Shown here piece after piece: positions 46,745-52,128 of a DNA stretch of 52,128 nt; position 1 is the stretch's first letter; each line of letters starts with the position of its first letter. Made by a program: the position numbers and the translations under genes. This stretch comes from Chloroflexota bacterium. Its GTDB lineage: Bacteria; Chloroflexota; Anaerolineae; Anaerolineales; Anaerolineaceae. The stretch is from positions 1 to 52,128 of the forward strand of contig JAAZNB010000476.1 of assembly GCA_012798515.1 (NCBI GenBank), in the 5' to 3' direction. The notes below the pieces were generated by a model, which was not told the origin of the DNA, did not search any database, and saw only the letters and a list, made by a program, of their open reading frames with translations.

Positions 46745-49700
46745 ATGGCCGATTTACAACTTTCAGAACCACAGGCTGAGCCGGATCAGAAAAGCCAGAC
46801 CAGAACCCCGTGGATTTACGTCATCCTGCTGGTTGGGATTCTGTTGGCGGGAGCTTATTTCCGCTTCATCGGGATAAATTGGGACGACCACCAACATCTT
46901 CATCCCGACGAGCGCTTCTTGACCATGGTGGAGACGGCAATATCTCCGGTAAGCAATGTGTCGGATTACTTCAACACTGCCGTTTCATCCCTCAATCCCA
47001 ACAATCGCGGCTACTCGTTCTTCGTGTACGGCACCTTACCGATTTTCATCGTACGCTATGCGGCAGAATTGTGGCAGAATACGGGGTACGACCAGGTCTA
47101 TCTGGTGGGCAGGTTCCTGTCAGGGACCATCGACTTGATGACTGTGGTGCTGGTGTTCTTGACCGCCCGGCAGCTCTACCGGAAAAACTGGTTGGCGCTG
47201 TTGGCAGCGGCCTTTTACGCCTGTGCAGTGTTGCCCATCCAACTATCGCACTACTTCGCCGTAGACAGCTTTACCGGTTTCTTTACCCTCCTGGCCCTGT
47301 ATTTCGCCATCTTGATCCTGACCGGCCCGGTGCATGTTCCCCGGCCTGTGCCTGTAGAAGCGGGGGAGGAAGACGACGAAGCCCCTGCCGCGCCGCGCCG
47401 GGCATGGATAGACGCCGGGCTGAAATATTATCTGCTGTTTGGAGCAGCCCTGGGCATGGCCATGGCGTCGAAAGTCAGCGCAGCTCCATTGGCGTTGGCC
47501 CTGCCGTTGGCGGCCCTGGTCTACCTGAGCCGGCTGGAGCGGCAACAGCGCCGCGCCTGGCTACTCCCCTTGCTGCGCAACCTGGTACTGGGCGCCGTGG
47601 CGGCCTTCCTGGTCTTCCGTATCTTCCAACCGTATGCCTTCAGCGGGCCGGGCTTCTTTGGCCTGCAATTGAACCAGAACTGGTTGGATAACCTGCGTGA
47701 GCTCAGCCAGCAAAGCGGTGGCGACGTGGATTTCCCGCCTGCTTTGCAGTGGGCGCGCCGCCCGTTCAGCTTTGCTTTTGTCAATATCCTGTATTGGGGA
47801 TTGGGACTGCCCCTGGGAATCCTGGCCTGGGCTGGTTTCCTCGCCATGGGATGGCGCATGCTCAAGGGCGAGTGGCGCCGGCACATCCTGTTGTGGAGCT
47901 GGACGGCGGTCTATTTTATTTGGCAATCGATCAATTTCTCGCGCAATATGCGTTACCAAAACCTGATCTACCCCGCGCTGGCCATCATGGCTGCCTGGTT
48001 AGTATTTGTGCTCTGGGAGCGAAGGGGAAACCTGCGTTGGGATATTTGGCGCCGGAGGCTGGCCTTGGCTATCGGGGCGGTCGTGCTGCTGGGCTCGGTG
48101 GCGTGGGCGTATGCCTTTACGCGAATCTACACTCGCCCGGTGACCCGGGTAGCGGCCAGCACGTGGATTTACCAGAATATTCCGGTGGCGATCAACCTGC
48201 CCATCGAATCCGGAGACGGCTCCATCCCACAGCTGATCGCTTTCCAGCCTAATTACACACTGGCTTCCGGCAACCCCTGGACGGTCAGCTTCGTGCCGAA
48301 AGTAAGCGGTCCGGTGAGTAGTTTCGAGATTGCCCACATTCTGAACACCGGGGTGACGGCGGAGGGCGGGCCAGCGACGTTGACCTTGCTGGTCACCCTT
48401 CAAGAGGAGCAGGACGGGCCCCCTCTGACTTCCGGTACCCTGGTAGGAGATTTCCAGTCCAACGGTGTCGAACGCGGCCAGGCGTACGAAATCCCGTTCA
48501 CCCAGCCCATCCCCGTCCAGGCCGGGAGGCAATATTTCCTGACCCTGCAGGTAATCGAGCCGGACAGCGCACTGAGCCTGGCCGGTAGCGCCAGCGTGAG
48601 TATGCTGACCCCGGAAGGGAAGACCAATTCTTTCCTGGTCGACCCGGCAGACGCCATCTACCAGGATAAAGATTACATCGTCCTGTTTACTGCACTGCAA
48701 AGCGGGACGATCCGGCAAGCATTGCTGCCCCACATTGTGGATTGGGAAGCGGCGCCTCAAGAAAAAACACTGACGCTTTCCCTGGGGCTGCCGGACACGG
48801 ACGAGCCGGCTACGGCGACGGCGCAGGCCACCAGCCAGTTCCAGGCCGGCGAGGACCCGCGCGGCCAGGCCTATACGCTCCAATTAGACCGGCCTTTCCA
48901 GGTGGAAAAGGGCCAGACCTACCAGCTCCGGCTGCATGTGGACGGACCGGGTAAGATCGCGGCCTACGGCAGCCGCCAGGCTATCGAGAGTTCCTGGGAC
49001 GATTCCTTGCCCCTGGGCATGCCGGGTTATAACCCGTACGATTTCAACCAGGGCGTTTACCGCAGTGAATTGAATTTCGAGATGTACTGGGACGATAATG
49101 CCGATAAGCTGGACCGTTTCCTGGACATCCTCGACCAGGCCGATTACATCTTTATCACCTCCAACCGCCAGTGGGCAACGACGACCCGGGTACCGGAACG
49201 TTATCCACTGACGACAGCCTATTACCGGGAGCTGTTAGGCTGCCCGCCAGAGCAAGACCTGTTGTGGTGTTACCAGGTAGCACAGCCGGGTATGTTCACC
49301 GGAGACCTGGGATTCGAATTGACCCAGGTATTCCAATCCGAACCGACCCTGGGGAATATTCAAATCAACACCCAATCGGCGGAAGAGTCCTTCACCGTTT
49401 ACGACCATCCCAAGGTGTTGATCTTCAAGAAGACGGACGCCTATGATTGGAGCCACGTTCGCCAGTTGTTGTCCAGCGTCGACCTCAGCCAGGTAATCCA
49501 CGTTACCCCTGCCAAAGTAGGCAGTTATCCGGCTAATTTGATGCTGCCCGAAGACCGCCTGGCCGGGCAACGCAGCGGGGGCACCTGGTCGGAACTGTTC
49601 CCTCCGGGGGCCATTTTCAACCAGTACCCGGGCGTAGGGGCAGTGTTATGGTATCTGGCGGTGTTCCTGCTGGGCGTAATCGTGTATCCCAGCGTGCGTC

Positions 49701-52063
49701 TGGCTTTGCGTGGGCTGCCTGACCATGGTTACCCGCTCGCCCGCCTGTTGGGCATGCTGCTCCTGTCTTACCTGGTGTGGTTGGCCGGATCGGCGAAGAT
49801 TCCCTTCGATAAAGCGACCATCAGTGCGGCAGTGCTCCTGCTGGTGCTGGTGAACCTGGTATTGGCCTATCTGCAAAGAGAAGGCCTGCGCGCTGAATGG
49901 AAACAGCGTAAAAAGTACTTCCTGGTGGTCGAAGCCCTGGCGCTGGCCAGCTTCGTGCTGTTCCTCCTCGTCCGCCTGGGGAATCCTGATCTGTGGCATC
50001 CCTACAAAGGCGGAGAAAAGCCGATGGACTTTTCTTATTTCAACGCCGTACTGCGCAGTACAACCTTCCCGCCTTACGACCCCTGGTTTGCCGGCGGGTA
50101 CATCAATTACTATTACTATGGCTTTGTGTTGAGCGGGGTGCTGGTCAAGTGGATCGGGATCACACCTTCCGTAGCCTATAACCTCATTCTGCCCACGTTT
50201 TTCTGCTTCGTGGCCCTGGGTGCGTTTTCTTTCGGCTGGAACCTGTTTGCCCGCGAACCCGCTGAAGACGCAGCGGAAGCTCCGGCGACGTTCTGGCAGC
50301 AATACTGGAGCCCGTTGTTGGCTGGCCTGGCGTCTTCGCTGGGGCTGCTGGTGCTGGGGAACCTGGGCACGGTGCGCATGATCTGGCAAGGGTTGCAACG
50401 GTTGGCTGCGGTTGGCCCGATCGAAGGTGCGAATATCTTCCAGCATTGGATGTGGACGTTCCAGGGACTGGTACGTTTTATCCAGGGCGCCACGTTGCCT
50501 TACGGGCCCGGGGATTGGTACTGGATCCCCAGCCGGGCAATCCCGAACGAGCCAATCACTGAATTTCCTTTGTTTACCTTTCTGTACGCCGACCCGCATG
50601 CCCACCTGTTTGCCCTGCCATTGACCATCCTGGCCCTGGGTTGGGCGCTGTCTTTCCTCAAGAACCGCTGGCAGTGGGGTGACGGTGTGCACATTCCCGC
50701 CTGGCTGCACTTCCTGGCCAGCTTCGCGGCAGGCGGACTGGTGATCGGCAGTTTGCGGCCCACGAACACCTGGGACCTGCCCACCTATCTGGCCATTGGT
50801 TGTGTGGTGGTGATCTATACGGCGATCAGTTACAGCCAGGAGCGGACTTTCCTGCCCCACGGGCTGCCGGCCTGGGCCCGGCGTATCCTGACCGCATTAT
50901 TGGGCGTGGCTTTGTTGTTCGGATTATCCTGGGCGTTTTTCTTACCCTACAGCCACTGGTATGGGCAGGGATACACTACATTCGGTGTCTGGGAGGGCGA
51001 CCATACGCCTTTCTGGTCCTACGTGACCCATTGGGGCCTGTTCCTCTTCATCCTCATCACCTGGATGTTGTGGGAGACGCGCGAGTGGATGGCCAGCACA
51101 CCGGTGTCGCATTTGAACCGTCTACGCCCCTTCCGGGTGGTGATCGAAGCCCTGCTGGTCGCTCTGGTGGCGGCAGTGGTCGTGCTGCTCTTCACCGGCG
51201 TGCAGATCGCCTGGCTGGCGCTGCCGGTGGCCGTGTGGGCGGCGGTCCTGATCCTGCGACCGGGGCAGAGCGCCGAGAAACGTCTGGTGTTATTCATGGT
51301 CGGATCGGCCCTGGTGTTGAGCCTGGGCGTTGAGCTGGTGGTCCTGGAAGGCGACGTCGGCCGGATGAACACGGTGTTCAAGTTCTATTTACAGGCCTGG
51401 ACCTTGTTCGCTTTGTCCTCCGGAGCCGCCCTGATGTGGCTGGCGCCGGCGGTTGCTCGCCAGTGGCTGTCGCAATGGCGCTCGACCTGGCAGGTGGCCC
51501 TGGCCGTGCTGGTCGGTTGTGCGGCCTTGTTCCCGCTGATGGGGGGGGCGGACAAGATCCGAGATCGCATGAGCAGCCTCGCACCGCACACGCTGGATGG
51601 GATGACCTACATGGCCTATTCGACTTATGCGTACAATGGCGTCGAGATGGACCTGCGCCAGGATTATGAAGCCATCCGCTGGATGCAAGAGAACGTGCAA
51701 GGTTCCCCGGTGATTGTGGAAGCCAACACGACCGAATACTTGTGGGGGTCGCGTTTTACCATCTATACCGGGCTGCCAGGGGTGCTGGGATGGAACTGGC
51801 ACCAGCGCCAGCAGAGGGCTATCGCGCCCACCGAATGGGAATGGGATCGTGTCAATGCCATCGACCTGTTCTACAAGAGCATTGACGAAACCGTCACCAG
51901 GCAGTTCCTGCAGCAATACGACGTAGAATACATCGTCGTCGGCCAGTTGGAACGCGCCATGTATACGGGCTTTGGGATCGAGAAATTCGACGCCTGGAAT
52001 GGCGAGCTGTGGGATGAAGTGTATCGCCAGGGCGATACGGTAATCTACCGGGTACGTTCGTGA
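46745..52063 (+). CDS. giant polytopic membrane protein: GT-C-like N-terminal module + tandem soluble repeats + Chlor_Arch_YYY/DUF2298 module
   Basis: The 1772-aa uninterrupted ORF has three parts. Residues ~1-470 are hydrophobic, with AYFRFIGINWDDHQHLHPDERFLTMV (HPDERF at 46901-46918). Residues ~480-930 are soluble and contain two ~130-aa repeats. Residues ~940-1600 are hydrophobic, with HPYKGGEKPMDFSYFNAVLRS and GGYINYYYYGFVL (YYYYG at 50108-50122), the eponymous motif of the Chlor_Arch_YYY family as I recall it. The C-terminal soluble domain has GLPGVLGWNWHQRQQR. Confidence 0.75.
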   Translation: MADLQLSEPQAEPDQKSQTRTPWIYVILLVGILLAGAYFRFIGINWDDHQHLHPDERFLTMVETAISPVSNVSDYFNTAVSSLNPNNRGYSFFVYGTLPIFIVRYAAELWQNTGYDQVYLVGRFLSGTIDLMTVVLVFLTARQLYRKNWLALLAAAFYACAVLPIQLSHYFAVDSFTGFFTLLALYFAILILTGPVHVPRPVPVEAGEEDDEAPAAPRRAWIDAGLKYYLLFGAALGMAMASKVSAAPLALALPLAALVYLSRLERQQRRAWLLPLLRNLVLGAVAAFLVFRIFQPYAFSGPGFFGLQLNQNWLDNLRELSQQSGGDVDFPPALQWARRPFSFAFVNILYWGLGLPLGILAWAGFLAMGWRMLKGEWRRHILLWSWTAVYFIWQSINFSRNMRYQNLIYPALAIMAAWLVFVLWERRGNLRWDIWRRRLALAIGAVVLLGSVAWAYAFTRIYTRPVTRVAASTWIYQNIPVAINLPIESGDGSIPQLIAFQPNYTLASGNPWTVSFVPKVSGPVSSFEIAHILNTGVTAEGGPATLTLLVTLQEEQDGPPLTSGTLVGDFQSNGVERGQAYEIPFTQPIPVQAGRQYFLTLQVIEPDSALSLAGSASVSMLTPEGKTNSFLVDPADAIYQDKDYIVLFTALQSGTIRQALLPHIVDWEAAPQEKTLTLSLGLPDTDEPATATAQATSQFQAGEDPRGQAYTLQLDRPFQVEKGQTYQLRLHVDGPGKIAAYGSRQAIESSWDDSLPLGMPGYNPYDFNQGVYRSELNFEMYWDDNADKLDRFLDILDQADYIFITSNRQWATTTRVPERYPLTTAYYRELLGCPPEQDLLWCYQVAQPGMFTGDLGFELTQVFQSEPTLGNIQINTQSAEESFTVYDHPKVLIFKKTDAYDWSHVRQLLSSVDLSQVIHVTPAKVGSYPANLMLPEDRLAGQRSGGTWSELFPPGAIFNQYPGVGAVLWYLAVFLLGVIVYPSVRLALRGLPDHGYPLARLLGMLLLSYLVWLAGSAKIPFDKATISAAVLLLVLVNLVLAYLQREGLRAEWKQRKKYFLVVEALALASFVLFLLVRLGNPDLWHPYKGGEKPMDFSYFNAVLRSTTFPPYDPWFAGGYINYYYYGFVLSGVLVKWIGITPSVAYNLILPTFFCFVALGAFSFGWNLFAREPAEDAAEAPATFWQQYWSPLLAGLASSLGLLVLGNLGTVRMIWQGLQRLAAVGPIEGANIFQHWMWTFQGLVRFIQGATLPYGPGDWYWIPSRAIPNEPITEFPLFTFLYADPHAHLFALPLTILALGWALSFLKNRWQWGDGVHIPAWLHFLASFAAGGLVIGSLRPTNTWDLPTYLAIGCVVVIYTAISYSQERTFLPHGLPAWARRILTALLGVALLFGLSWAFFLPYSHWYGQGYTTFGVWEGDHTPFWSYVTHWGLFLFILITWMLWETREWMASTPVSHLNRLRPFRVVIEALLVALVAAVVVLLFTGVQIAWLALPVAVWAAVLILRPGQSAEKRLVLFMVGSALVLSLGVELVVLEGDVGRMNTVFKFYLQAWTLFALSSGAALMWLAPAVARQWLSQWRSTWQVALAVLVGCAALFPLMGGADKIRDRMSSLAPHTLDGMTYMAYSTYAYNGVEMDLRQDYEAIRWMQENVQGSPVIVEANTTEYLWGSRFTIYTGLPGVLGWNWHQRQQRAIAPTEWEWDRVNAIDLFYKSIDETVTRQFLQQYDVEYIVVGQLERAMYTGFGIEKFDAWNGELWDEVYRQGDTVIYRVRS
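48377..48940 (+). repeat. tandem ~130-aa protein-level repeat inside the giant ORF
   Basis: Residues 545-603 (TLTLLVTLQEEQDGPPLTSGTLVGDFQSNGVERGQAYEIPFTQPIPVQAGRQYFLTLQV) align with residues 675-732 (TLTLSLGLPDTDEPATATAQATSQFQAGEDPRGQAYTLQLDRPFQVEKGQTYQLRLHV). They share TLTL, GQAY, P..V..G..Y.L.L.V. The period is 129-130 residues. Confidence 0.65.
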
Positions 52064-52128
52064 CCGTGTCAGGATGATGTAAAGGGCCTATGTGGATTGA
52101 CCTTTTGTTGTGGTATCTCGTTGTAACC

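Overview
This is a chromosomal window with no sign of mobile DNA, from a moderately GC-rich bacterium. The gene content suggests Chloroflexota, probably Anaerolineae-like. The pointers are Pro/Thr-rich linkers on nearly all secreted proteins, mevalonate kinase next to isopentenyl-phosphate kinase, and a giant Chlor_Arch_YYY/DUF2298-type membrane protein. I support 43 protein-coding genes, several sigma70-type promoters and several intrinsic terminators. I found no rRNA, tRNA, CRISPR array, transposase or integrase. Housekeeping blocks are yebC-ruvC-trmH-ruvA, uvrA, queG, degV, ffh-rpsP-KH-rimM, dprA-manC-topA, greA-dgt and tlyA-DUF72-lepA. Accessory and envelope blocks are: (i) a COG0701 permease plus a TIGR03943 partner carrying a His/Asp/Glu-rich insert; (ii) a 9-kb run of secreted wall-associated proteins (two PD40 propeller proteins, two M23 peptidases, two tandem NBR1-like lipoproteins, and a small unknown protein coupled to DUF1015); (iii) a ubiA(DPPR-synthase-like)-mvk-ipk operon; (iv) a tightly packed same-strand cluster at 40311-52063 (flippase-like UPF0104 protein, extended-SDR epimerase, GT4, SAM methyltransferase, a 716-aa GT-C-like protein and a 1772-aa protein). 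The 1772-aa protein fuses a GT-C-like N-terminal module, two tandem ~130-aa soluble repeats and a YYYYG-motif DUF2298 module. Cluster (iv) is my best candidate for an uncharacterised system: extracytoplasmic glycosylation or glycan polymerisation with unknown donor and acceptor. All family assignments rest on motif recognition by eye. No database search was run. ORF-track coordinates include the stop codon, and several starts were trimmed to internal start codons supported by SD sequences or homologue N-termini.
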